A stretch of 64,000 nucleotides of DNA, taken from a virus. The first letter of the stretch is position 1. The number at the start of each line of letters is the position of its first letter. The translations under genes and the position numbers were made by a program. The notes under the pieces are model-generated. The model was given only the letters and a program-made list of their open reading frames with translations. It searched no databases and was not told the origin of the DNA. Of the stretch, positions 19,455 through 28,950 are shown piece after piece. The DNA is taken from IMG/VR virus record IMGVR_UViG_3300027704_003324, positions 75,241-139,240 of that record; one strand, written 5' to 3'.

Positions 19455-21020
19455 CTATATAATTTTAGTCCATTTAGATTTTTTCTTCTCCACATCCGGT
19501 GCATATTCGCCTGCCGGGTCAGCCTTCTTCTTCTTAATGTTTACACTTTTCCATTTAGTTTTAATTTCATGTTTAGGTTTATCTATATCTGGTTGGTACT
19601 CACCTGATTCAAAATGAGTAATTGCTCCGTTATTAACTTTTACCTGTGGTATATTTTTATCTACTTCGATAGAGTCGTACCATTCTACCAGTTCTGGGAA
19701 TGTTTCTCTAAAGTTAAGGTTTTTTCTTACATCGTATTGTTCATAGAAACTTTTAAAGTCATGATAATGTTTAGTTTTATCTTCTTCTGTACTTGTATGT
19801 CCTTGCTCTACTACGTCTACATATTTAATCAACCTTTCGATTTGAGCTTTTTCATGATCCATCATCAATGGATGGTCTTTTTTACCCTCATACCATGTTG
19901 ATAACTTCTTATATACCTTAACTTTTTCAGAATCAACTAGATTTAATGGTGATTGAAATGCTGGCCATCTTAATATATTTAAGTCAATACCAGGTGAGTT
20001 CATTCCATATTTTTCTTTAAGAGAAAACATATCATCCATAAATTCAGTAATAGAATAGAGACATAGACTGTTAATAGTCATCATACATATAACTTGATTG
20101 TAATCTGCTTCTTCTATAAACTTAACTAAATTAGCTCTCCATTGATCGTAATCTAATCCTGATCTAATATAGTTTGCTGCTGGTCCATAAGCTTCACAAC
20201 TGGTATATAAATCAAAACCTTTAATATCTATGTCCTTTGTAGTGTCTATAAGCTTTTGTATAAGCTTAGGATGTACCATAAGGTTAGAATTTACTGCTAA
20301 AGTTAAGTCTGGAGCTGGGTGCTCTTTAACTGTCTCTAAGAATTTCCAAAAGTTATGAGATGCAGATGGCTCTCCTCCTGTAACTCTTAATTCTTGTAGG
20401 TGTTTTGATAATTCTGGCCACCATTCAACAAAAGCTTGAACGTATGGATTATTGTCATTATATTTACCAAATAAATCTGCCCATGACCCATCGGCATGAT
20501 ATGCTCCTGCAGAGGTAGTTTTAAAATCTTGGTAAGGTCCGTTTGTTTCAATATCTTTAGCCCAAGTTGTTGAGTACCCAGCATTACAGTATGAACAAGC
20601 TAAATTACAGGTCCTATCAAAAGATACTTCTACTGTTTTTAGCATAATATCAGCATCCCAAGGTGCATTAGCTGCATCTTCTATTTCTTGGTCTGTATAT
20701 ATTCTACTTTTGAAGATTCTATCTCCTGCTGTATTAGGGTCAATGTCTTCTACTTTCCAGCAATAAGAACATTCTGCTGGTCGAACACCTTCAAGCATCA
20801 TTTTTCTTATCTTCTTTTTAAACTGAGTATTATGAAGTGCTGATGGATTTTTTTTAATCTCTTCTAAGTCAATCGGGTGCGGTAAAGGTAAGTGACATGA
20901 ATTAGTGTACCCGTGACCTAAGTGGAGACTGGCATTGTACCATTTAGCTGCACAAAAACTTTTACTTACTGAGTCTAGGTGATCAGCTTTCCACTTTATT
21001 AATTTATCTGTATCTGACAT
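19455..21020 (-). CDS. Radical SAM protein with N-terminal Cys-rich (twitch-like) domain, paralog 1
   Basis: CNLACSYC (CxxxCxxC), TGGEP; N-terminal FCAAKW..SCH..CSYCW. Confidence 0.88.
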   Translation of the reverse strand: MSDTDKLIKWKADHLDSVSKSFCAAKWYNASLHLGHGYTNSCHLPLPHPIDLEEIKKNPSALHNTQFKKKIRKMMLEGVRPAECSYCWKVEDIDPNTAGDRIFKSRIYTDQEIEDAANAPWDADIMLKTVEVSFDRTCNLACSYCNAGYSTTWAKDIETNGPYQDFKTTSAGAYHADGSWADLFGKYNDNNPYVQAFVEWWPELSKHLQELRVTGGEPSASHNFWKFLETVKEHPAPDLTLAVNSNLMVHPKLIQKLIDTTKDIDIKGFDLYTSCEAYGPAANYIRSGLDYDQWRANLVKFIEEADYNQVICMMTINSLCLYSITEFMDDMFSLKEKYGMNSPGIDLNILRWPAFQSPLNLVDSEKVKVYKKLSTWYEGKKDHPLMMDHEKAQIERLIKYVDVVEQGHTSTEEDKTKHYHDFKSFYEQYDVRKNLNFRETFPELVEWYDSIEVDKNIPQVKVNNGAITHFESGEYQPDIDKPKHEIKTKWKSVNIKKKKADPAGEYAPDVEKKKSKWTKII

Positions 21021-21608
21021 TTATATTTTATTTATGAAATTACAATTACCTGTTATGTCTACTGATTTATCGAATATAAATTCTTCGAATAAATGATGAC
21101 AAAGCAGATTACCGTCTTGCTCTATTTTAAATTCTTGTAACGAAATGTCAGTGTAGTTGAGATTATAACCGTTTTTAGGAAAATTACCTGCTCCAAAAAT
21201 AATATGAGGATTATCTTCGATTGCAAAACCTTTTTCAGTTAGATCCAGACTAAGAACTAATCGTTGACTTATAAATATTTCAATTTTCTCTTTTGCTACG
21301 TGTTCTATACGAACTTTTAATTGAACTCCATCAAATATCGGATGAGGTAGTTCATCGTAGTTCGTTTCTCCTAGTTTATTCATTAAAGTAAACAGTAGTC
21401 TACCTTCGTATATGTCTAATGCTGTATAGTGTGGTAGAAGGGTAAACAGCGTACCTATCACACCTTCTACTTTATTAACTATCATATTAATAGACAGTAC
21501 AAAGTTGTTCTCTCCTGTTAATTGTTTTGTTGCTGGATTCTCAGGAAATGTATCACATATATGGTTTGGCCATAAGACCCATGGATTACCCTCTTTTATG
21601 TTTAGCAT
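21021..21608 (-). CDS. Hypothetical protein, possibly LamG/concanavalin-like beta-sandwich
   Basis: Beta-rich; HIIFGAG..ISLQEFKI..SVDITGNCN resembles LamG C-termini; lies between the two radical SAM genes. Confidence 0.45.
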   Translation of the reverse strand: MLNIKEGNPWVLWPNHICDTFPENPATKQLTGENNFVLSINMIVNKVEGVIGTLFTLLPHYTALDIYEGRLLFTLMNKLGETNYDELPHPIFDGVQLKVRIEHVAKEKIEIFISQRLVLSLDLTEKGFAIEDNPHIIFGAGNFPKNGYNLNYTDISLQEFKIEQDGNLLCHHLFEEFIFDKSVDITGNCNFINKI

Positions 21609-22965
21609 AGAATTCTTTTAGTTCTGGAAATGTTTCTTGAAAGTTTGTACCTCGTCTTTCGTCTAATTGGTCTACAAAGGTTACAAATTCCTTCCTAAAT
21701 TTATCTACGCTAAACATACTCTTGCCAATTGCGTAGTCATAGATTCTTTTTATCTTTTGTATTTCAACATTTGAAAAGCCGTAATTATCTTGATGATACT
21801 CTTTCATACCATAATATAGTGCTTTTTTGGCAGAATTCAAAATTAATTCCTTATCTTTATCCTCTAATATTTTAACAGATAAATGTGATGGCCACCTAAG
21901 GTAGGAAGTATCTAATGATACTGCTGATATTTTATATCTTTTACCGTTATGATGTTTCTTTTTCATCTCAAATATTCTATCTAGTAAGTGATCGTATGAA
22001 AATACTGATAGGGCATTAAAGGTAGCCATAATATTGATCGTAACTTTAGGTAACTCTGTAAGTATCTTGTCTACATTTTCCCAAAACTTCTCATAATCTA
22101 AACCGAATCTTGTATATTCTGCTTGTGCTCCTTTTGCTTCTACAGATGTATATACTACAAACTCTTTAACCTTGTCTTGGTCAGTAATTATCTTAGCTTT
22201 AGCAATAAACTTATCTATTAATGCGTCTGGTACTCCTAAGTTGGTGTTTATACCAATCGAAAGTTTAGTATTAGGATTTTCTTCTTCTATAATATAATCT
22301 AGTACTTTAAAGGTATCTTTTGATAATAAAGGTTCTCCTCCTGTAATACGGAATGTATGTAGATCTCTATATAATGAAGGCCACCATTTCCACCATGCTT
22401 CAACATAGGGATTATACTCTGATTGTAGCAATGGCATTTCATTTTTCTTTCGTAATGTTTCGATCTCATTAAATTGACCGTCTGCTGCTTTGTATGGTCC
22501 GTGTTTTTCTATTTCTTGTACCCAAGTAGATGAGTACTGAGGTCCGCAGTAAGCACATTTAAAATTGCATGTATTAGAAAAAGACACTTCTACATACTTT
22601 GGATTAATATCATCTCTCCAATTGGATTTTGCAATTTGATCGAATTGACCTATTGACCACTCTTCAGAAGACTTAAATACTCTATCAGAAAATGAGTTAG
22701 AATTATCTTCTACACTCCAACAGTAGTTGCATTCATCAGGTTTACCTCCCTCTAACATTTCCTTACGTTTTAATTTCTTAAAACGGGTATTATGTAGTGC
22801 AGATGGATTCCTTTTAATCTCTGCTATAGAAATTTTATGAGGAGTAGGATGGTGACATGAATGTGTCATCCCGAGTCCTAGATGTATAGTAACTTGTGTC
22901 CATTTTGCTAAACAAAATCCACATCCTACTTTATCTAATTTATCTTTTACTTGTTGTGAATTCAT
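21586..22965 (-). CDS. Radical SAM protein with N-terminal Cys-rich (twitch-like) domain, paralog 2
   Basis: CNFKCAYC, TGGEPLL; N-terminal FCLAKW..SCH..CNYCW. Confidence 0.88.
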   Translation of the reverse strand: MNSQQVKDKLDKVGCGFCLAKWTQVTIHLGLGMTHSCHHPTPHKISIAEIKRNPSALHNTRFKKLKRKEMLEGGKPDECNYCWSVEDNSNSFSDRVFKSSEEWSIGQFDQIAKSNWRDDINPKYVEVSFSNTCNFKCAYCGPQYSSTWVQEIEKHGPYKAADGQFNEIETLRKKNEMPLLQSEYNPYVEAWWKWWPSLYRDLHTFRITGGEPLLSKDTFKVLDYIIEEENPNTKLSIGINTNLGVPDALIDKFIAKAKIITDQDKVKEFVVYTSVEAKGAQAEYTRFGLDYEKFWENVDKILTELPKVTINIMATFNALSVFSYDHLLDRIFEMKKKHHNGKRYKISAVSLDTSYLRWPSHLSVKILEDKDKELILNSAKKALYYGMKEYHQDNYGFSNVEIQKIKRIYDYAIGKSMFSVDKFRKEFVTFVDQLDERRGTNFQETFPELKEFYAKHKRG

Positions 22966-24374
22966 AGTTTAATGTTTATCATCTTCGCCCAAGGAGTAAG
23001 TACGTCTTCTCCTAATAATTCATAATTCACTTGTTTTATTCCGTCTTGCTTATAATCTATTTTACCGTTTTGCATTTGTAATACATAACGTTTTTCATTC
23101 TCTGCTGTCGTTTCTCCTTTAACAAATTTACCTCCTATTATGCCTTCATCTTCATGTGGTAAACATCTAAATCTACCTTCCCTTCTAAAAGGTAAAATTG
23201 AGTTTGGAATTTCTATATCTTCTATTATAGTTTCGGTAGCATAATCATCAACCTTATCATGGTCTGGGTTATTAAAGTCTAAATTTATTTTAAGTTCATC
23301 TTGAGGTATATTGTTATGTAGGTCTGCAACCTCTTCTGGTCTTAAGTCTCTTCCCCAAGCAAATACTTTTGCTATATCTCCTTTGAAGTACTTAATAGTG
23401 CTTTCATCTTTTTCAGAAGGAGTAGTACCTAAGTACCAATCTGCTGATCCATACCCTTTCAATTTACCTTGCCATTTATAAGGCGATGGACTTCCAATTC
23501 CACCTCTAGAATCTACTTCACTGCCGTTTAAGTACATATGAGAGAGTTGCTCTCTATTAGAGAATACCATTGTTACCCAACTCCATTGTTCATCGTACCT
23601 CTTTACCCACATATAGTTATGTTGGTTAAACGAGTTCCAATATGTAGCTGATATAGCTCTAGAATTATTAAATCCTATACCATAATCATACCCTGGTATT
23701 CTTAGAACTGGGTATTCTACATATCTTCTGTCTTTCTGACCGATTAAGAATATAGGGTTCTTTTCAGGTTGCTGACGGGGTCTCATCAATACTGATATAG
23801 TGTGACTTTTAGAAGTTAGCCCTCTTAATTTTCTTTCAAAAGGAATTTTAATGAAAGAATTATTTCCGTTAAATCTCCTATAAGTTTGTTCTTGAGGAGT
23901 TTTAGTTATAAAAGTATTATTAGTAAGCCCTTCTTCATGGCATCGCCAAAATAAATCATCATCTTCCATACCCCAATCCCAATAATTATTAGAATATCCG
24001 TTTGTTTTCTCTAAATGCTCTTTAGTAAATACAACTGCACCTCCAAAATATTCATGATATTTAAGTTGGTAATTCATTTGAGATATCTTAGTAGCAATAT
24101 GTCTTGGTCCTTCTGTAGGGTAAGAGTAATCTGCTCCTTGTTCTGGTATCATGTCTATATCATGAAACACTACATAGTCGCATCCTTCTTCAAAAGCTAC
24201 TTTAGCTGCAATATTCTTAGTAGCTCCTCTATTAAAAAGCTTATCGTCAGCTTGATGACAAAAGTACATATGAAATTCTATGCCCTGTTCTTTTAAGTAC
24301 TTACCTGTTTTAGGTATGAACTCATTTAGGTGTTCTTCTCTATTACGGTAAGGTACACATACTCCTAGTTTCAT
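22962..24374 (-). CDS. GT7 (beta-1,4-galactosyltransferase-like) with inserted LamG-like domain
   Basis: VPYRNR, FNRG, HDID, YFGG, NGYSNNYWDWGMEDDD; insert FNGNNSFI...YLNG...FKGDIAKV; C-terminal FRCLPH..DGIKQVNY. Confidence 0.85.
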   Translation of the reverse strand: MKLGVCVPYRNREEHLNEFIPKTGKYLKEQGIEFHMYFCHQADDKLFNRGATKNIAAKVAFEEGCDYVVFHDIDMIPEQGADYSYPTEGPRHIATKISQMNYQLKYHEYFGGAVVFTKEHLEKTNGYSNNYWDWGMEDDDLFWRCHEEGLTNNTFITKTPQEQTYRRFNGNNSFIKIPFERKLRGLTSKSHTISVLMRPRQQPEKNPIFLIGQKDRRYVEYPVLRIPGYDYGIGFNNSRAISATYWNSFNQHNYMWVKRYDEQWSWVTMVFSNREQLSHMYLNGSEVDSRGGIGSPSPYKWQGKLKGYGSADWYLGTTPSEKDESTIKYFKGDIAKVFAWGRDLRPEEVADLHNNIPQDELKINLDFNNPDHDKVDDYATETIIEDIEIPNSILPFRREGRFRCLPHEDEGIIGGKFVKGETTAENEKRYVLQMQNGKIDYKQDGIKQVNYELLGEDVLTPWAKMINIKL

Positions 24375-25771
24375 AATTTTACTGTTAAGTGGTGGAAATT
24401 AGCTACATCAATTATACTGTGTACCTTGTATTTTAAATTGTTGATTCCATCTTCTGATGTATCTCTATACCCTCGTTTAACTTCATTCATAAACTTAAGT
24501 TGATTATACCTTGTTGTAATATCTTTCCAACCGGTGTTTAGAAACCCATTTTCACCATGTTCTAGTTGTCTATATTTTGATGTTCTTCTAAATGGAATAC
24601 ATATAAAGTCTGTTATATCCTCCTTGTATGGCACTATTTCAACGTCATTTAATTCTCCTAAAATATGATCTTTACCTAAGTCTACTACTTTGTAATCTTT
24701 TACAGTTAAAGGTACAAAGTTATGTTGTAAATATTGTTGGCTCTTGTACGAACCAAATTGCATACCCAATGGAACTCCTTTATTAGTAGCAACAGAATGT
24801 ACTTCTTTCTGTGAAAGAGCTGAATTCCATATAGCTACTTGCTGTATTCTACCTTTAAAGAAATGTTCTTCTCCTTTACGTGCAGGGAATGAAGCTCCAA
24901 TATACGAGTGTTTTTGAGACTGGTAATTTCTTAAACCTGTAGGAATAATCTTAGAGCATTCTTTTACTCCATTAAAGTACAAAGTAAGTTCTTTTAGCTC
25001 AGTATCCCAGGTTACTGTTATATTAGACTGTAATGGTGGTTTAACTTTCGTATTTAAGTAGTGATGGTTTCTTTCTGAGTCAAATAATTCAACGGTAAAT
25101 CTACCAAAACTAGTGTACATTATATTGAAATCATATCCAGGTATACCAAATATAGTAAAATTATCTTTGTCTTTTAGGTGGTCATACGTTATCTCTTCTG
25201 GTTGAGCTGTTACTGTAATCGAAAAATCACCTCTAGTCCTAAGAGTATTAGGAACTTTAATATATGCTGAATTACCGTTAAACTTAAATGCTGAGGTATT
25301 ACCGGAAGCTGCTTTATAAGGTATTGTATCTAATTTAAGTCCGTTTAGTCTTGCTCTAAAAAGTAGATCATCATCTTCGAAACCCCATCCCCAGTATTCA
25401 TTAGAAAACCCATTAATACGTATAAAATCATTAATAGGAAATAATGTAATACCTCCGAAGTATTCAGGGAACGGTAAATTCTGTGTAGCTAAATGTATAG
25501 GGTATTTTGAATATTTATAATCTACGTTAGTAGGGAGCATATCAATATCATGCAATACTATGTATTCACATTCTAACTCTTTAGCTTTAAGTACACCTAT
25601 ATTTAATAACTTCCCTCTATTGAAAATCTTTTCATTGTCTTGTTCTACAATAACTAGTTCGTAAGGTATCTCTTGTTGAGATAATGCATAATGTATAGCT
25701 GTCTTAAACTTAAAGAGCTGTTCGTACCTATCTCTATATGGTACAATAACTCCTAGTTTAGGTTTACTCAT
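24371..25771 (-). CDS. GT7 (beta-1,4-galactosyltransferase-like) with inserted LamG-like domain
   Basis: VPYRDR, FNRGKLLNIG, HDID, YFGG, INGFSNEYWGWGFEDDD; insert FNGNSAYI...LYFNG...FKGRIQQVAIWNSALS; C-terminal DGINNLKY. Confidence 0.87.
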   Translation of the reverse strand: MSKPKLGVIVPYRDRYEQLFKFKTAIHYALSQQEIPYELVIVEQDNEKIFNRGKLLNIGVLKAKELECEYIVLHDIDMLPTNVDYKYSKYPIHLATQNLPFPEYFGGITLFPINDFIRINGFSNEYWGWGFEDDDLLFRARLNGLKLDTIPYKAASGNTSAFKFNGNSAYIKVPNTLRTRGDFSITVTAQPEEITYDHLKDKDNFTIFGIPGYDFNIMYTSFGRFTVELFDSERNHHYLNTKVKPPLQSNITVTWDTELKELTLYFNGVKECSKIIPTGLRNYQSQKHSYIGASFPARKGEEHFFKGRIQQVAIWNSALSQKEVHSVATNKGVPLGMQFGSYKSQQYLQHNFVPLTVKDYKVVDLGKDHILGELNDVEIVPYKEDITDFICIPFRRTSKYRQLEHGENGFLNTGWKDITTRYNQLKFMNEVKRGYRDTSEDGINNLKYKVHSIIDVANFHHLTVKL

Positions 25772-25976
25772 CTACATTCTTTGCTTTAGTTAGGTTAGTA
25801 TGCCATTCAGCTAAATAGAATTGAAGTCTATCTCCCCATTCGTCTTTATCTACTTCTTCAAACCACACAGTAAGTGCATCTAAACTCATTGCGATTTTTT
25901 CTAAGGCTTTAACTTTTCTTTCTTCTTGTATAACTTTTTCTTGAGCTATAACTTGTTCTTGTGTTTCCTTACTCAT
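25764..25976 (-). CDS. Hypothetical protein
   Basis: 70-aa helical ORF, translationally coupled, preceded by an internal promoter. Confidence 0.65.
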   Translation of the reverse strand: MSKETQEQVIAQEKVIQEERKVKALEKIAMSLDALTVWFEEVDKDEWGDRLQFYLAEWHTNLTKAKNVDE

Positions 25977-26815
25977 ATCTTAACTATTAATTTACGTAAT
26001 TTATTCCAGTGTTTATAATCTATATAATCAATATACGAACTTTCAGTTAAATTATCAACTAAAAATTCAGGTTTTTCAATGTCAATTTTCCAATCACTGC
26101 GTGCTATTGCTCTATACATTTTACTGTATTCTTTAGAAAATGCATATTCTTGTTTAATATCTGCTACTTCTTGTATTCTACTTAGACACGTACTATCCCA
26201 CTTAAAGTGGTGTACCTGAGTGAATACTTCTTCTATAGGCATTCTCTTAGGATGTGAATCTCCCCAGCTATTAGTACCGTCTTTGAATTGAGCATAATGC
26301 TGTCCAGATGTAACATCTTGATATCCTTTCATTAATGTACATTTATTGGGACATGCTCCAGACATCGGATATCTAAAGAAACCTGCTAAAGGAAAAGCTT
26401 CGTTAATATTAGTATCTCTCGTAACTAAGGGGAAAGTACCATTAGTACCTACTCTATCTATGAACCCACCTGTGACAAAGTCATAACCATGTCTCTCACA
26501 CTTCTCTATGATGTCTTCAATCGGTTCTGGGTATACTTGTAATTCATCATCATCTGATACTATCCACCAGTCGTTTGGGCGTTGGTTTTTTACATAATTA
26601 TAGAGCTCTGTTACTCTTTCCCAGTTGTACTTATCTTCTGTTACAACTAAATAAGGTTTTATCCCTAGTTCTTGTATTTCCTCTAAAATACCGTCATCTT
26701 CTGATGATCTATAAACTACTATATATGCTTTTTCAATATCGCGTTCATAGTGCTTTAACATATGGGGTAACATATGTGTATTTTTGCCGACTACTGTAAC
26801 TAAGTTAGGTTTCAT
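25973..26815 (-). CDS. GT2-like glycosyltransferase
   Basis: MLPHMLKHY, DWWIVSDDDEL (DxD), GQH, HHFKW. Confidence 0.7.
   Translation of the reverse strand: MKPNLVTVVGKNTHMLPHMLKHYERDIEKAYIVVYRSSEDDGILEEIQELGIKPYLVVTEDKYNWERVTELYNYVKNQRPNDWWIVSDDDELQVYPEPIEDIIEKCERHGYDFVTGGFIDRVGTNGTFPLVTRDTNINEAFPLAGFFRYPMSGACPNKCTLMKGYQDVTSGQHYAQFKDGTNSWGDSHPKRMPIEEVFTQVHHFKWDSTCLSRIQEVADIKQEYAFSKEYSKMYRAIARSDWKIDIEKPEFLVDNLTESSYIDYIDYKHWNKLRKLIVKI
26030..26059 (-). promoter_or_regulatory. Intragenic GTTG-N18-CGTATATT promoter
   Basis: GTTGATAATTTAACTGAAAGTTCGTATATT, upstream of the 70-aa ORF and GT7 genes. Confidence 0.6.
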
Positions 26816-27582
26816 TTTTTACGTAATATAGTTAATCCTGTTGAACTTGGTTTAGTAGGTAAGTTTCCTTCATTAAAAAAGTCGAATCTTTGCCATTCAT
26901 CTGATATCTCTTGTATAAATTTAGCTGGTCCGTTAGCGAACTCTTCGTGATGGTGTTGATCTGATACATCTTTGGTTACTATATGGTTGTTAGCATAAGT
27001 GATGTCTGTATCGTGTATTGATATAATAGCGTTAGGGTTAAGAATTTGACTATATAGTTCAAAATCTTCTTTTACGTTTTCGTATGAATGTCCTGCATCA
27101 ATATGTAAGTAGTCTACCTTTATATCTTCTTTTACGAAAAAGTTATGAAATGCTTTTACTGTTGTTGTATTAATTACTCTAGGATGAAAAGTTTTCCGTA
27201 GAAATGAGTCTTTATCTAACCAATCTACATTACCTCCTATTCCGTTTGCTGCGTCTACTAAGTAAGTAGCTCCTATATCTCCCCAGTTAAAGTCTTTATT
27301 GCCAGTAAAAATTTCTTGGTCATAAAGATCTATTCTAGCTTGAGTCATAATTCGGGGTATAAATCCAGCTCCTGAACCTAAACATACGCATACCTTAGCT
27401 CTCATATATTGAATAAAAGAGTATATAAGCATTCCATCTCCTAAATGGTACTTAGTAGCTCCATGAGTCCATCTGTAGTCTACAGGTTCATGCTTAACCT
27501 TAACGTTACCATCCTTATCTAAACTGTAAGTCTGGTTGTTAGTTATCTTGTCAAATATAAAACCTTTGTCAACTATGCTCAT
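26812..27582 (-). CDS. Class I SAM-dependent methyltransferase (Methyltransf_24-like)
   Basis: VCLGSGAG motif I, DYLHIDAGHSYENVKEDF, ISIHD. Confidence 0.82.
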   Translation of the reverse strand: MSIVDKGFIFDKITNNQTYSLDKDGNVKVKHEPVDYRWTHGATKYHLGDGMLIYSFIQYMRAKVCVCLGSGAGFIPRIMTQARIDLYDQEIFTGNKDFNWGDIGATYLVDAANGIGGNVDWLDKDSFLRKTFHPRVINTTTVKAFHNFFVKEDIKVDYLHIDAGHSYENVKEDFELYSQILNPNAIISIHDTDITYANNHIVTKDVSDQHHHEEFANGPAKFIQEISDEWQRFDFFNEGNLPTKPSSTGLTILRKK

Positions 27583-28440
27583 TTATTGTCTTTTTATGCT
27601 ACTTAGATCTATTAATTTATGAAAATTAATGCAATTAAGCAACATTTCTGTCTCTTCTTTATATGGATGGTCTGGGTCATCTTTTTTATACCATGCTTTT
27701 AGTGGCCCATAATGTCTAAAAGTATCCCAACTATCTTCAATAGATATAATACCTTCCCCAGGTTTTGATTCCCATTGCCATTTATCACAGTCCCAAGGAG
27801 TTGATATAACAGGAAGATAGTCTACTTTATTTTTGTCAAGTAAGTGTCTAAGAAGTAATTGTTCAGCAAATATAAGGTACTTGGAATGTGGAGCTTTGAG
27901 AAGAGTAAGTTCTTCCATTAATTTAATACTTAAATTTGCATATTTCTGAGTAAATATAGGATCTGGTAAATAAAGAAAGGATACGTTACATGATTCTGTT
28001 TGCCATCTTGCTCTATAAGATAATTTTCTTACGTATGGATCTAAGTTAGTAGGATAGTATCCTCTACCGTTTTCGTAGTTAGCTACTAAAACTCTGCCTT
28101 CTTTAAAGTTATGTTTGAAGGGCTTAAATACTAAAGTATCTCCGTCCATTATAACACATGGTTCAGTTTGAAGTGCTAAAACTTGAAGTTTAGTTCCGGC
28201 CCAAAATACTTCTTTATTGAAATTATGTTCAAAGTCAATAGATATGACTTCATCCCATAGTGAAAGAACCTCTAGTTTATTAAGGAGTTCATACGTCATA
28301 GGGTCGACGTATATTACAGTATGATCTTCTGGATGGTTCCGTTTCCATAAAGAAACAGAGGCAAACATAACGAGTAAATTAAATTTACTATAAGCTTGAG
28401 TATCTCTTTTTAGATTCTCGTGTACCCAAATTATTTTCAA
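27583..28440 (-). CDS. GT-A-like (DxD) protein of unknown function
   Basis: FWAGTKL..QTEPCVIMDGD, NVSFL, IFAEQ, HYG. Confidence 0.55.
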   Translation of the reverse strand: MKIIWVHENLKRDTQAYSKFNLLVMFASVSLWKRNHPEDHTVIYVDPMTYELLNKLEVLSLWDEVISIDFEHNFNKEVFWAGTKLQVLALQTEPCVIMDGDTLVFKPFKHNFKEGRVLVANYENGRGYYPTNLDPYVRKLSYRARWQTESCNVSFLYLPDPIFTQKYANLSIKLMEELTLLKAPHSKYLIFAEQLLLRHLLDKNKVDYLPVISTPWDCDKWQWESKPGEGIISIEDSWDTFRHYGPLKAWYKKDDPDHPYKEETEMLLNCINFHKLIDLSSIKRQ

Positions 28441-28460
28441 AACCTTTCATTTTTAAATTA

Positions 28461-28946
28461 TTATGTAGGATCAGAATGCGATGTGTCAAAGCACGCATAG
28501 AAATTAGTGACTCCTACATGAGTTGACGAAGTCAAGGTTATAGTACCAGTTGTAGTACCTGCTCCTGCTGTACTAAGTGCACTACCTGCTCCTCCTGCAG
28601 TATCTCTAAATGAGTGGAATACGTAGGGGTATGTTGCGGTTGCTGTAATAGTAATAGAAGCTAAAGATCCAAAGTTAACATTTTTGAGAGAATGTGCAGT
28701 AGTTTGAGCAGCTAAAGTATATCCTGAAGTAACAGAAATACTTCCTCCTGTTTCTGGTGTAACAGATCCGTATAAGAAATCATTCCCTCTAAGTTCTGAT
28801 AAACTATGTGGTTGTGAATCGGCTGGCTCTAATGTGCTAAATATACCATTCATACTCAAATTAGAGTTAGAAGAAAAATGATTATGCCAAGCATCTATTG
28901 TTGCCATTGAGACTGCTGCATTCGATGCGTATGAATATACTGCCAT
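28461..28946 (-). CDS. Small Ser/Thr/Gly-rich virion-associated protein
   Basis: PHSLSELRG motif typical of small fibre-associated proteins; beta-rich C-terminus. Confidence 0.55.
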   Translation of the reverse strand: MAVYSYASNAAVSMATIDAWHNHFSSNSNLSMNGIFSTLEPADSQPHSLSELRGNDFLYGSVTPETGGSISVTSGYTLAAQTTAHSLKNVNFGSLASITITATATYPYVFHSFRDTAGGAGSALSTAGAGTTTGTITLTSSTHVGVTNFYACFDTSHSDPT

Positions 28947-28950
28947 GTTA

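Noticed and set aside
7131-28440. Island as host chromosomal LPS/capsule locus (prophage boundary or chimeric assembly)
   Set aside because: Flanked on both sides by co-oriented virion genes, shares both phage promoter motifs, and lacks flippase, polymerase or export genes
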